A stretch of DNA of 64,000 nucleotides from assembly GCA_002633005.1 (NCBI GenBank), contig NMRA01000156.1, positions 124,001 through 188,000 on the forward strand. The letters run 5' to 3'. The stretch's first letter is position 1. Every line of letters starts with the position of its first letter. Origin of the DNA: Phoronis australis (Eukaryota; Animalia; Phoronida). Below, in pieces: positions 39,301-50,900 of this stretch. The notes under the pieces were generated by a model, which saw only the letters and a list, made by a program, of their open reading frames with translations, was not told the origin of the DNA and did no database searches. A program made the translations under genes and the position numbers.

Positions 39301-40776
39301 TATCCATTGCCAGGAAATTGGTGATATCGTTTTGGTATAATTGCAGAAATCTTAATCGATATTACTCTGACTTAAAAATGTACCTACACTGTTGCAGGAG
39401 CCAGCAATATTGATGGAACAGCAAGAAGCTGAGAGTGGTAGTAGCCAATCAGAAGAAAGTGATGATGATGCCGATGAGAATCTAGTCGTTTCCAAGACAA
39501 CGGTCCACAGGCCGCGTGATGAGTCGCCAAACAGTAAAAGGGTACGTATTTACTGTCTGGTCTTTGTAGTTTCCCCTGAAACTTGGCCTGTGGACCAATG
39601 TACAGTATGAACACGTTTTGTTCTGAATGTGTGTGAAGCTTGCTGGTCTAATTCAGTGAAGCTGAAATGTTTCCAGAAAAATCCGATTAACTTGGAACAT
39701 TTCTACATGCTATTTGAGTTCACTCTTTATGCGTCTACACATAAACATGTGCTTGCATGTTGCTGTTATCTCCATCCAGGCATCCTGCGTCTGCTGCTAT
39801 ATCTCCTACATCGCTTGCAGAATTTTCAGGAAATTTAGCAGGTATGTTCCTGTGAAACTGAAGTCTGATGTTGGAGATTTCCGTATGGATCCCACTACTG
39901 GCATGCCCCTAGTGGCAATTTTACTCTTTATATGCACCCAATTCCTCAACAGATTTTCGCGAAATTTGATAAACATTTAATCTATTGAGGTGACAATGAC
40001 ACTTTCCAATTTTGAACTTATTTTGCGCACTCTTACGCCTCTATTCGTCAAAACGCTCTGAGGATTATTACGAAAATTGGCAGATGTGCTCCTGATGAGA
40101 CCGTGGCTGTCATTGATTTTCAAATTTTCAAACAAGTCTGACTACTTGGCATACTTTTGTAGCAATTTTGTTTTTTGCTTCGGCGGTGGTATATCCTTGA
40201 TCCCTTACAGGATCTTTGTCAACTTTAGCAAGTATATATTCCTAGGAATTTGACTAATGGATGACGACGGCTTTCGGTCGGTTCCAACTACCGCTGTGTC
40301 TCTTAGTGGCAATTTTATTTTTTTACTTTTTTCTTGTCATGTGTTTTCCTCAACAGATTTTTATGAATTTAAGCAAATAGGTTTCTATTAGGAAGGCGAT
40401 CATGCCTGACCATTTTTGGACACCTAGTGGCCATTGTTATGAATAATAAATTCCCCTGGAAACATACCATTTGCATTACAGTCGTGGGCACATTTCAACG
40501 CTTTGCATTGCTCTTGTTACATATGCATTTGTACTCACATTGATTGATTTGTTTCAGCGTGATTGTATTTAATTTTTTATGCTGGGATATGTCGCTCATA
40601 CTTCTACATTTTTTGTGCCTGAGATTGTCCCGCATGTTTGCAATACTACAATCTGCTTTCTGTTTTAGGAGAGAAAAAAGGCTGTGAAAGAGGCGAAAGC
40701 TGACAAACGGAAAACAAAAATACCAAAGCATGTTAAGAAACGGAAAGAAAAATTGGGAAGGACTAAGAAAAACTAG
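15261..40776 (+). CDS. RIOK1: Serine/threonine-protein kinase RIO1, 15 coding exons, 551 aa
   Basis: Exons 15261-15307, 18533-18573, 19458-19618, 21409-21505, 22221-22299, 22720-22906, 23756-23898, 24591-24677, 25914-26051, 26769-26872, 27845-28017, 29078-29170, 38555-38608, 39398-39541, 40669-40776. All introns GT-AG, phases consistent, 1656 nt in total. Motifs: [65 protein letters not shown]. Confidence 0.95.
17080..18460. repeat. Foldback-like array of inverted repeats in RIOK1 intron 1
   Basis: Arm at about 17130-17398 is inverted at about 17405-17660 and repeated directly at 17710-17931; small hairpins at about 17084-17126, 17660-17712 and 18390-18459. Confidence 0.75.
17849..17919. mobile_element. 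71-bp mini-MITE family B with TSD TAACA, inserted in the foldback repeat
   Basis: Same TIR with two mismatches in the left copy; the empty site TTATAACAACGTGAC is present in the paralogous arm at about 17280-17294. Confidence 0.85.
18533..18573 (+). CDS. RIOK1: RIOK1 exon 2 (short, variable region)
   Basis: TTTTAG acceptor and GTAAG donor; bridges phase 2 to phase 1 as the flanking exons require. Confidence 0.7.
19458..19618 (+). CDS. RIOK1: RIOK1 exon 3
   Basis: Acidic tract plus GDFTKKYN; GTGAGT donor. Confidence 0.88.
20922..21328. mobile_element. TA-flanked Tc1/mariner-pogo-like MITE
   Basis: TIR TA-CCGGAATTGTCCGTATATAAGCCCA ... TGAGCTTATCTACGGAAAATCCCGG-TA; three copies in RIOK1 introns. 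Confidence 0.8.
21409..21505 (+). CDS. RIOK1: RIOK1 exon 4
   Basis: [17 protein letters not shown]; GTAAGT donor. Confidence 0.88.
22221..22299 (+). CDS. RIOK1: RIOK1 exon 5
   Basis: DKYEGP...; canonical splice sites, phase 1 to 2. Confidence 0.85.
22720..22906 (+). CDS. RIOK1: RIOK1 exon 6 (P-loop)
   Basis: [23 protein letters not shown]...[11 protein letters not shown]...RAIK. Confidence 0.95.
23756..23898 (+). CDS. RIOK1: RIOK1 exon 7
   Basis: [46 protein letters not shown]. Confidence 0.95.
24591..24677 (+). CDS. RIOK1: RIOK1 exon 8
   Basis: [18 protein letters not shown]. Confidence 0.93.
25250..25722. mobile_element. Degenerate inverted-repeat (MITE-like) element
   Basis: CCTTACTACGCTGTTATGAC (25271) pairs with GCCATAGCAGCGCAGTAAGG (25683); GACCATG/CATGGTC lie outside these. 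Confidence 0.5.
25914..26051 (+). CDS. RIOK1: RIOK1 exon 9 (catalytic loop)
   Basis: WPAPKLKD...[13 protein letters not shown]. Confidence 0.95.
26769..26872 (+). CDS. RIOK1: RIOK1 exon 10 (metal-binding loop)
   Basis: [27 protein letters not shown]. Confidence 0.95.
27845..28017 (+). CDS. RIOK1: RIOK1 exon 11
   Basis: [21 protein letters not shown]...EKVDQE. Confidence 0.93.
27990..28800 (+). repeat. G-rich tandem repeat of about 90 bp derived from the 3' end of RIOK1 exon 11
   Basis: AAGGTTGATCAAGAGGTGCGTAGTGGTGGAGGG and GTAGATGGCCG recur 3-5 times; the array is interrupted by the MITE at 28306. Confidence 0.7.
28306..28653. mobile_element. TA-flanked pogo-like MITE, second copy
   Basis: Same TIRs and internal ATGATAAATGCTCCACAAAACTGAATTTGT block as 20922-21328. 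Confidence 0.8.
29078..29170 (+). CDS. RIOK1: RIOK1 exon 12
   Basis: [14 protein letters not shown]. Confidence 0.92.
29848..31198 (-). mobile_element. Longer inverted copy of the pogo-like element with a decayed transposase remnant
   Basis: Same TIRs; internal minus-strand peptide [37 protein letters not shown] resembles pogo-family transposase C-termini (recognised from memory, not searched). Confidence 0.65.
32900..33390. repeat. Degenerate minisatellite, unit about 120 bp, about 4 copies
   Basis: AGCACA(A)TG...ACAGA anchors recur at about 32995, 33108, 33232 and 33353. Confidence 0.6.
33763..35880 (+). mobile_element. Non-autonomous Helentron/HINE (DINE-1-like) element with internal tandem repeats
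   Basis: 5' TTTTT-ATGTGCCCAC subterminal repeat and 3' GTGGGCACAT; GTCC microsatellite; repeated (C)CTAGTGGC units; 3' hairpin CAACACTCCGCGTTG followed by CTTGTT. Confidence 0.75.
34547..34969 (+). mobile_element. Second HINE-type element nested inside the first
   Basis: ATGCGCCCACA...TGTGGGCGCAT subterminal repeats, (GTCC)n and hairpin CAACGC-TCC-GCGTTG; contains an N at 34760. Confidence 0.72.
38555..38608 (+). CDS. RIOK1: RIOK1 exon 13
   Basis: [18 protein letters not shown]. Confidence 0.9.
39398..39541 (+). CDS. RIOK1: RIOK1 exon 14
   Basis: EPAIL, acidic tract, [11 protein letters not shown]. Confidence 0.9.
39726..40518 (+). mobile_element. Older degenerate HINE-type copy in RIOK1 intron 14
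   Basis: CCTAGTGGC units; 3' GTGGGCACATTTCAACGCTTTGCATTGCTCTTGTT. Confidence 0.7.
40669..40776 (+). CDS. RIOK1: RIOK1 exon 15 (basic C-terminus, stop)
   Basis: [28 protein letters not shown] followed by TAG. Confidence 0.93.
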   Translation, partial: ERKKAVKEAKADKRKTKIPKHVKKRKEKLGRTKKN

Positions 40777-42196
40777 TGGCAGTCATCAACGTGGTGTATG
40801 TGATTCAGTGACTGCAATAGCTTCATCTCTTCTTCACCTTATGTGTCGATGCTTGATGGTGGGTGGTCGTAGCATCGCAGCCAATTCATGCACGATGTGT
40901 TGAGAGTAAGAAGAAGAGGTGCATTGTGGATGTTATGTGCTGACTGTGCTTACGGCTGTTCATCCGCAGTCGTTCAATATTTGGTAAGATCCACGTAAAA
41001 TGTGCTTTATTGTGCTCGTCTGATCGCCATTAACCAGTAGTCGGTGTAATTTTTTAGGGCCTCCGTAGAGGGAGAGCAATGCTCATTGAATGCTTTAAAA
41101 TGAGCTCAGCTCATAGCTCATGTTTGCAGCAAAATGAGTCGTAAGGATTTTGCCTCACGAGGCGGTGAGGCGAGTATCTCGCTAAATTTCTTTCATCTGG
41201 CAAAACGTGACTACTCTATGCAGTATGTAGTAGGTAACCTTAGTGCTTAGCCAATTACTTTAGGTCCGCTTTGAAAATTAATTGTCGCATTTCCTGTTAA
41301 TTGAAATCTCACTAAGTCTTGTAACAATGTGTACTACTTTTATGCTGGTTACCAAGAACACAGTTTGCAGGTCAGTGAGCATTTTGCCTCACTGCATTCG
41401 GGTAACAATGACGCGAGATAAATTTCATTTGTGTTAGAGAGATGAGTTCGTAGCTCTCTGTCTGCGGTGTGCTTAAGATTTGACTGAGCATGCTGTCGTG
41501 TTGACAACTGTGGGAGTATTTAAAGTGAGTCGGAGTGTGCACAGGCCAGGCTCGCAGCTTAATATAACTATTATGTTGGGACACTGTGTGTTTAAATGGC
41601 AAGTCTTGTTTGGTTTTGATTTTGTGTTTGTCTGAAGAAGTAATTCAAGTTCTGAATATGAAGTGAGACAAGTTATGGGAATGATTGTTTTCCATTATCC
41701 TGATTGGAGCTATTTACAATTGAGTGGTTTGTGTTGATGCCAAAAATGTTTCTGTGGTGGCTGTTTGGGTACGGTGCACTAGATATCATTTATTTAGGGA
41801 ACAATATGGAGGACATGTGAGTATTTGTTTTTCATTGTTTTTTCATGAACGGTATGTTGCTCAGTAGTGTTGTTTCACCTTTTTAAAATGTATTATTGTA
41901 GCCACTGTCACAGGTGTTTTGTCGGCACTCCCAACATTGTTAGGAACTGTTGAAAAATGAAAAAGGAGCAACTACTGTTATGCAAATTTTGTTAGATTTT
42001 ACTAATTGTTTTTAAGTATTGTAAGGTTATTAGGACGGTATGCTTGCCAAATGTTAGCGAGATCTTGTGAAACTCAGTGACGAAATCTTTGATGATCTCA
42101 TTAACTTCCAAGATGTTTGACTTTGTGAACAACTCCCAAATTTTGTAATTTCTTCTTTTCTGTGCCTGGGAATATACGTCTTGCTGCAATATTGAC

Positions 42197-42202
42197 AATA
42201 AA
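42197..42202 (+). promoter_or_regulatory. Candidate RIOK1 polyadenylation signal
   Basis: AATAAA about 1.4 kb after the stop, followed by T/GT-rich sequence. Confidence 0.35.
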
Positions 42203-43370
42203 CTCTCCCAGTCATTAGTTTATGTATTTAATTGGCATAGCATTTGATTAGGAAAACTTATTTTAGGGTCTACTTAATCATTGTCTCTTGTGACAGTTTC
42301 ATCAATATTACGATTTTACTGGCACTTGGATAATTGCAAAATAACATCTAAAAGCATTTTCAGTCTACAATGCTGTCAGGTGCATACTGGTTCTGAATAC
42401 AAATATCGGAGTATATTTTGCAGCAGTGGAGCAATTTTATTTGTGAGGGGTGCGAACTTGGCAGTCCGCGAGTGCCCTTTAAAAGGATACTAAACCCTGT
42501 GTTGATGCATTCTGCCAACTCTCGTGGGTCACCTGCTAATGCATCATTGGCGTCAATCTTCCAAGTTATAGGCAAGAATCAACTATAAACTGTTACTCCC
42601 CAAGTCACAGGTTGGACATTAGGGTTCTTGGTGGGTGGTCTCTCCCAAATTTGCCTGGTAGTTTGATAAAAGCGTAAGTCAGGCTTGCCCCATAAGCAGA
42701 GTTGGAATCAAGTTTTCAAATTTTCCTCCAATTGTTTGTAAAGTAGTACTTCGTTTGCATATTCACAATTTAATGAGACATGGCATCTAATTGAACGAAG
42801 TTATTAAAGCGCTTGGTTCTTAACTCTAATCAGAAGATTTTATGTATTTCCGAATATTTCTTCATTTTGAACTGATACTCATCCCCTCAATTTACTCGAA
42901 GGCCCATATTTTACACTAGCTTGAGGTACCTAAATCACATGATTTTCGAAACCAAATTCAGACTCTGACTCAGTCTCATCCAAATGTTCAAAGTTTTGTT
43001 GCAGCTCAAAAATTTCGAAATGACTATGAAAGGAGTCTGCCTTGGTGAATATAATTTGCAGAAAGGGCGGTGGTGGGTTAGAATATCTTGAAAGTCAGGT
43101 CGAACTCCGTGACATTGTTTTCATCAGAGATGTCCTTATGATCCATTCCATTGTCTGTCTGCTTATTGTGGTAATTTTTAGGTGTCTTAACAAATCTCGG
43201 TAACTGCTGGTGCAAATTCGATGGAATCTTTCCCATCTAACTGGCAAGGAGCGAAAGTTCCGTGACTCCAACAGTTTCACAGGAATAGCAACCATTGTTG
43301 ACGTTACCTTTAATAAAAAATACGGATCCTTGGTTACCGTGTAGAGACATTTTTCTGTTTTAATTATTGT

Positions 43371-43585
43371 TCCTTTAGCGAGTATATACCCTCCATGGAT
43401 CAATAAGAAGTGATGTCATCGGCCCAACAAAGGGCCAGCGTCTATGTGCCTGCATTCTCTCTCATTGAGCAACCCTAAATGACTACAATAGATATGATGT
43501 GAATGCAGACACAAGATGCTGGCCCTCTGTTGGGCCGATGACATCATTTTCTATTGTTCCATGGATATTACACACTCACCAAGGA
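43371..43585. repeat. Long imperfect inverted repeat (hairpin or MITE)
   Basis: TGATGTCATCGGCCCAACAAAGGGCCAGC pairs with GCTGGCCCTCTGTTGGGCCGATGACATCA; arms about 85 bp. Confidence 0.75.
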
Positions 43586-45136
43586 AACATCAAAAATATT
43601 TGCTTGCCAATTTAAACTGAAGGATTTACTTGCACAACTGGGTAGGATTTTTTGAGGTTGTCCTTCTTTCAGAGCAGACCACTCAAAAGACAAAATTTTT
43701 TCGAGAAAAATTTGCTTGGATATTTGAGTTCAGTGTCGTGTTCCTGGACTGGATACTACCTATGGACAGTTAGGACATGCCAAGCTAATAATCCTGTCCA
43801 ATCTAGTCACAGAAACTTGTAAACACGATATACCGCCATCCTTGTCCCTTAAGCATTTGTTGGGAACGAAAGCGCAAAGATGGTTTTGCCAAGAACATGG
43901 GGCACTTGCAATGCCGATCAATGGTTTACAGAAAACGAAATGGGAAAAATGCCAGTTACTAATATAAGCATTAAGTAGACTTCTTGATTAGATGGTTATA
44001 CACTTGGATAAATCATTAATTATAGTCAAGTATTTATGGCTAAACAAGCACAAAGCGAACGAAGTTCACCTTCGTAACGTTTCATAAATGTGTTTTATTT
44101 TATTTTATTTTAGTTTAACTAATTTATAATATCTAGCACGAGTTAATAACTAATAATGCCAGCTATGAATGTGGATGGCGGCTTAAATTTAAAAAAACTT
44201 CAACCAAGACACTAAAAGTGCGTGGAAATAGTTTTCCATCATCAATCGGACACCCATATGGAAGAAGTTTGGCGCGTGGACGGGACTTCCGTACTCTATG
44301 AATCGACTCAAAAGTGGGGATTTTTCCGCCACCCTGTCCGTTAGTGTCCGCTGTGCGCGTCCGTGTTCTTCTGTGTGCAACTCTTACATATCTTATGGGA
44401 TTTCGAACCTACTTTCGACAAAGTATACTTACAACGTACCGAGTGTACATTGCCTGCATTTTGCGATTCGATTGCAGTTTCCTGAATTCTACCCTGTTTG
44501 TGATTTTCACGCGTCCATGTAAGGGAGTGCTTACGAAGTGCCACCTGTGGCGCTGTGGTGCATATCGTCTGCATTTTGCAATTTGAGTGCGTTTTCCTGA
44601 ATTTTGACCTGTTCCTGATTTTTTCTCTTCCACGTAAGGAATTGCTGTTCCGCGCGCACATCTCGTACAGAAACTTCGCCGGGAATAGTTGTGGCTTCCT
44701 TGTTTGCGTATAGATGGACATCGTAATTAGCTTCGCCGGTTTCGTATCTGTTGTTTTCAGTTCCATAGCTGTGTCTGGTTTGATGCATAAAACAAGGATG
44801 TTGACAACGATAGGGCTTTTATTTTCAATTCACAGCTATTTTCGGGAAGAAAATCAGCCACAACAAAACATGTTTTCACATTAGTGTTTTCGATAAGAAA
44901 TAATTGGTTCACCTAGATGCGAACAGCTAGAAACCTTGAAAAAAAATCAGCACTTTATTCGTGCGGTTTCAACTTAAGTCGCCAAAAGGACTTCTACAGC
45001 GACTGGTTTATTACTATAGATGCTAGGAACGTACCCTGCTTAGATCCGTTGAGAATTCAAAGAAGATGATGATGGTATTCATAAACTAGCCCTTTCGTGT
45101 GAGACACGTGCATATGTATTTCGCTGTGTTAATTTT

Positions 45137-45678
45137 AATCCTATAAACTGTGAGTCATTCATCGATTAAAAGTCATCTGAGATAATTTTGCAAGAGAAAA
45201 CATCTGGAGAGGTGCCGGTGACGTTCAAACATTTCAAAATAGGTGATCCTTTACAGGAAGACTACTAGTAGGTACCCTCTGTGTGAATTTTGTTTCCTGT
45301 TATTTTTAATGCAAAGTGTATTAATTGGTATATAAAAACAAGTGGGGACCTGTTAATTGTCATTACTTTCTAAAAGGGTTAAGTTTCATTTTGCCAACTC
45401 CCTGAGATGGTGGGCATCCTTCCCAACGGCAAATCCTGTCAAAATGTAGTCGAGCACACCCTGGCAATGGTCGCTGTCACGGCGTGAACTACGCTGGCTT
45501 CCCGTGCCCTGGTTTTATAGGAACGGTTAATTTACCGCTGAAATCGATCTATTTTCATTTCAGGTAACATGAAGTCATGACTTGAATTGCGTTCTTTTGC
45601 GTAACGGTATCAGACTGTTGGCTGACCGTAGTATCTCTTGGGCTTTAAATCGATGAATGACTCACAGTTTATAGGATT
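45137..45678. mobile_element. MITE-like element with terminal inverted repeats of about 35-45 bp
   Basis: AATCCTATAAACTGTGAGTCATTCATCGATT pairs with AATCGATGAATGACTCACAGTTTATAGGATT; TTAA at the left end. Confidence 0.65.
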
Positions 45679-46409
45679 TTGTCCAGTCGTGATATTTAGA
45701 AAATAAACCACGTTTCCATGTTGCATAACTTAAATAATTTCGATCGATTTCGTTAGTGCCAGCATAGATGCTCTATGGTGCCAGCCGGTGAGTTTGGCAC
45801 AGTTACCGATGGACGGACAAGCCTCATGCAGGGCCCAGGAGGGGTGTCTCATTTAAGGTTGCGTATTAGGGACCTACCCGCGCCAACTCGGGTGGATATT
45901 CTACCCCTCGGGTGGTGATTCGAGTGGGTATTATGGTTTCTTTGTGACGGTGGTGTATAGTTCTACTAGCAAGCGATGCGGTCACGGTGAGGTAATCCGA
46001 AACGAAAATAAAGCAATAGGCGCTGTGCTGACTTGATACTGCGGTCATTTTTCTTGGACACATGTCGAAAAAACGTAATTTATTTTTGCGCCAAAGCAAA
46101 CATAGTATTACAACAGTCTATTTTATATTTTATTACGTTCACTTTATGATTACGCACAAATTTTATCAACTAGTGCCACTCGAATACTCACAAGAGGGTG
46201 AGAGTGTAACACCAGGAAGACATAAAATAAGGAGACAACAATTAATGTCTTCCTGGTGCAGCGATATATAATAGGGTACAAGGGGGTTCAATATTAGGTT
46301 CTGACCGCTATCAAGAGGATCCTTTTACTGACACAAATATTTGTGAAAAGGTCAATTTTCTTATAATACAACAGAAGTGGTTAAAAAATACCACCATATA
46401 TTGTTTGAA

Positions 46410-47320
46410 TCATTTTAAAGAGATTCCTGCAAAACCCTCCACTGTAAGTTCTGAAGTTTTATCCGAGGCATTAAATACAATGAGGTTCACTGCGTCAAAA
46501 AGTATAAATCTAAACTTATCAAAACAAGGTTGAGACCCATCTCTCGATGATGTATAAATATAATGTTGGGCATGAGTGTATATGGTATTGAAGATTTTAC
46601 TTAGATTGCCAAAGAAGCAAACTAAGAAGTGGTACATAGATGGCTCAGTGTGTAAATTAAAAACTTTACTTATGAAATGATGTAAAGAATTCCAGAAACG
46701 TTTAACACAGAAGCAGCTATAAAACATATACTGAAAAGTCTGGACTTCGGCACAGTAGGGACATTGGTATGTTTGTGAAATACCAAATATTTTTAACATT
46801 TTGTTTGTATAAATTCTTTTTTTAATGAAAAAGTATTTAAACATTGTCGAATGAGGGTTTATGGGTACATTGAAATTGAGATTATATATTTCTTTAATTT
46901 CTGCGTCTGTGTAATAGTTGAGTAAAAACACATAATTATCTGGTTTTACAGAAAACTTGTGAATAAATGTGTTTTTGATCCATGAATTGGAACTACTGAA
47001 GAATAAAAATCTAATGTTACTACAACTAACAATCCTTCTATCCGACACACTCAGAACTTTCTTCAAGGTCGCTGTAGTGGAAGAAAATGGTATCATAGAC
47101 GTATCCTTTAAGTTATAATTTTTCTTAATGCAATGCTTTATCATTTAAGAAGTTTGTTCTGGCTATCTAAAAAACCTTCACAAAATATGAGGCCAACATT
47201 GTACAGATCTTGGTAAAATAATGATTTACCGTTAACAGTTAAGTTACAATTGTTCCATATTACTTGTTTGGCTATTGGCACTTCCTTAAAAATTTCAGGA
47301 TTAAGAATATCCAAGGTGTC
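46410..47320 (-). mobile_element. 5'-truncated L1/Tx1-clade LINE ORF2 fragment (C-terminal zinc-binding region), disrupted
   Basis: QVIWNNCNLTVNGKSLFY, then a frame break, then YTNKMLKIFGI...CPYC...MFYSCFCVKRFW, a zf-RVT-like pattern of L1/Tx1 ORF2. Confidence 0.75.
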
Positions 47321-47763
47321 CTCATTTTTTCATCCAATTTTCAACTGAAAACCCTAAAATACGAAATTAAGAACCCTTTTTACAAAAATGTATTTTTCAA
47401 TTGATTACCCTGTCGTTTTCTTGTTTTGCCCGAATTTTCTGTTATTTTTTCCCGAATCTGGGGTCAACTACCGCCTCATAATACGCCTATGTAAGTAAAG
47501 TGCAATACCGGTTTGATAACACGAATATGGATTTTTTAATTTATATCCAAGCCAAACCCTTCGTTTAAACCCAGTATTAAAATGAAGTGATACCCACAGT
47601 ATCGGCCGTAATGTATGAAGAACACGAAAGTATGGCGTTGTTTGGTGCAAATTTTGGGGCGATTTAGGCAGTGGCGTCTCCTTCGTCCTCTTAGGTGTAT
47701 TTATTGGATGTGTGCGAAATCAGAATACTATTTCATGCTTTTCTTTTTTTCCTCCATAAAGCG

Positions 47764-47995
47764 CATGCGCGCACCTAGGAGCCTCGGGGGCTCGAACGAG
47801 CCCCCATTTGGAGAAGTGGGCAAAAAGGTCCGCCTCAGAGAAACAAAAACTCCGAAAAAATGAGAAAACGAGACAAAAGTCCACTGAAAAGGCAGAAACT
47901 ACTAAAATTCGGCGACTGCACAAATCGTAACTCTGAACGTAACCCGTGAAACTTAGTAAAAGGACTCCCTATGTTTTAGACTGGGTGCGGGCATG
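47764..47995. mobile_element. MITE family C (CATGCGCGCACC...GGTGCGGGCATG) with 5-bp TSD AAGCG
   Basis: TIR and TSD visible; related copies at about 11091-11361 (inverted), 49509-49693 (partial) and 55474-55722. Confidence 0.8.
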
Positions 47996-50900
47996 AAGCG
48001 GATAAGACAACGACAAGTTGTAATTCCTCATATTATCTGTGTAAAGTTTTACCATTATGGAAAGTGTTTTTTTTTTTTTTTTTAATTTAGGCAAGCTAGA
48101 GCCAATGAGTGGGCACTGGCAAAGTAGGGGCGGTATTGTGGCATGAAAAGAGGTAATTCATTTGAACACGCGCGTCACACATTTCAATGAATGTTGCATT
48201 CTCTACCGGCAGACCCCTCTCTCTCTACTCCGGGTTCCAACTCGCGCTTTCGCATACCTCATGGATTGAGTTCGTAGACGCACGAATCTCACGAGTATAG
48301 TTTGATCCGTTTGCTCGTAATATATGGCGATATCTCGCGAAGGCTTGCGTGATCTTGAATTTTCGTGTGTGTACTACGTCTACTAAACGGGCAGCCAATG
48401 TTACGACAGAGGTTGTCAGAACATAGACTATAGTACATGATGTCTATGATCTATGGTCAGCAAGATTGATTCGCTCGCACTGCAGGCGCGCAGGTGTTGG
48501 CGCGATGTTTTGTCTGCTGTTCACAATGCTTGTCTGTTACGTAACGGTCGTCATGGAGATGAAATAGGTGATTTGGTCTGCATTTTCTCCTCTCATACAT
48601 CATCCTGTGTCGGCATTGCGGACACGATGCTTTCTGTCCTTGCCCTCAATGGCAAAATAGCGAGACAACGTAACCCCCCAACTACGCTTTCAAAGGGACA
48701 CTGTACATTTTAAAGCAACATTTAAAAATCTGTTCTTCCTCAGACAAGTTATGATTAAGTACACTCACCGATGTAAAATTGGTCTCAAATTGTTCTTTGG
48801 AGAAAACCGAAATTATTTCAATGTTTCAAACAGAAGTGAAACTTCGTTTTTGCTTGAGATCAGGCTCATAGAATTTCAGGTCACGGCGCGACCTTAAATT
48901 TTGTCGGCTTAGTCTGGAGAAATAATAAACTGTCGGTTTTGCCCTCACCGGACTCCATGATATTCCTTTCCGTGATGAGATTCTATTTCCGTTATCCAGA
49001 AGAACGTCGGAACCATCAACGAAATGCCGGGGTTGTCCAAATCTGAAATTACAAAAGTGTTGCGCGTATGCACTGTCGGTGTTATGGTAAAAACTATGGG
49101 GCCGATTTGATGAGAATAATAGACCTAATTCGGATTTTGTTTTTAGCCAGATAAACAGGGCGAAATGCAACTTTATTAGCATGCACAGAAAACTAGAGTT
49201 TATGCGCCAACAGAAACTTAGAGACGGTCGCCCACACGCCATTAAAAACGTGCTTTTAAGGACATAGGCGTATTAGTCCACGCATCAACGGTCTACGTGG
49301 AGTAAGCAACCTGGCCTCGGGCTACTATTAAACGTATAGAAGTTAGTCCTAGACACACATGTCCTCACCGTTCGCACATCATATGTCCCTTTGGTTGAGA
49401 AAATGTATACATGTACATCGAACACGCAGAAATGTACAGGCACCCAGATCATTCGACAAATTCCTCCTCGGTGTGTCCATAGATGTGTTTTAGAATGCAC
49501 CNAGATCTGCCTCAGAGAAACAAAAACTCCAAAAAAATGAGAAAACGAGACAAAAGTCCACTAAAAAGGCAGAAACTACTACAATTTGGCGACTGCACAA
49601 TTCGTAGCTCTGAACGTACCCCGTGAAACTTAGTAAAAGGTCCACATTCCCAAAAATTGGAACTCCCTATTTTTTAGACTGGGTACGGGCATGAAGCGGA
49701 TAAGACAACGACAAGTTATAATTCCTCATGTTATCTGTGTAAAGTTTTACCATTATGGAAAGTGTTTTTTTTAATTGAGGCAAGCTAGAGCCATTGAGTG
49801 GGCACTGGCAAAGTAGGGGCGGTATTGTGGCATGAAAAGAGGTAATTCGTTTGAAAACGCGCGTCACACATTTCAATGAATGTTGCACTCTCTACCGGCA
49901 GACACCTCTCTCTCTACTTCGGTTTCCAACTCGCGCTTTCGCATACCTCATGGATTCAGTTCGTAGACGCACGAATCTCACGAGTACAGTTTGATCCGTT
50001 TGCTCGTAATATATGGCGATATCTCGCGAAGGCTTGCGTGATCTTGAATTTTCGTGTGTGTACCAAAGACGCCTCTCTACGGTCTCTGTGTGTACTGCGT
50101 CTACTAAACGGGCAGCCGATGTTACGACAGAGGTTGTCAAAACATAGACTATAGTACATGATGTCTATGATCTATGGTCAGAAAGATTGATTCGCTCGCA
50201 CTGCAGGCGCGCAGGTGTTGGCGCGATGTTTTGTCTGCTGTTCACAATGCTTGTCTGTTACGTAACGGTCGTCATGGAGATGGAATAGGTGATTTGGTCT
50301 GCATTTTCTCCTCTCATACATCATCCTGTGTCGGCATTGCGGACACGATGCTTTCTGTCCTTGCCCTCAATGGCAAAATAGCGAGACAACGTAACCCCCC
50401 AACTACGCTTTCAAAGGGACACTGTACATTTTAAAGCAACATTTAAAAATCTGTTCTTCCTCAGACAAGTTATGATTAAGTACACTCACCGATGTAAAAT
50501 TGGTCTCAAATTGTTCTTTGGAGAAAACCGAAATTATTTCAATGTTTCAAACAGAAGTGAAACTTCGTTTTTGCTTGAGATCAGGCTCATAGAATTTCAG
50601 GTCACGGCGCGACCTTAAATTTTGTCGGCTTAGTCTGGAGAAATAATAAACTGTCGGTTTTGCCCTCACCGGACTCCATGATATTCCTTTCCGTGATGAG
50701 ATTCTATTTCCGTTATCCAGAAGAACGTCGGAACCATCAACGAAATGCCGGGGTTGTCCAAATCTGAAATTACAAAAGTGTTGCGCGTATGCACTGTCGG
50801 TGTTATGGTAAAAACTATGGGGCCGATTTGATGAGAATAATAGACCTAATTCGGATTTTGTTTTTAGCCAGATAAACAGGGCGAAATGCAACTTTATTAG

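Noticed and set aside
44189-44788. Cluster of overlapping ORFs, one with IEYGSPV resembling a LINE motif
   Set aside because: The match is too short and has no supporting RT motifs; no coherent protein.
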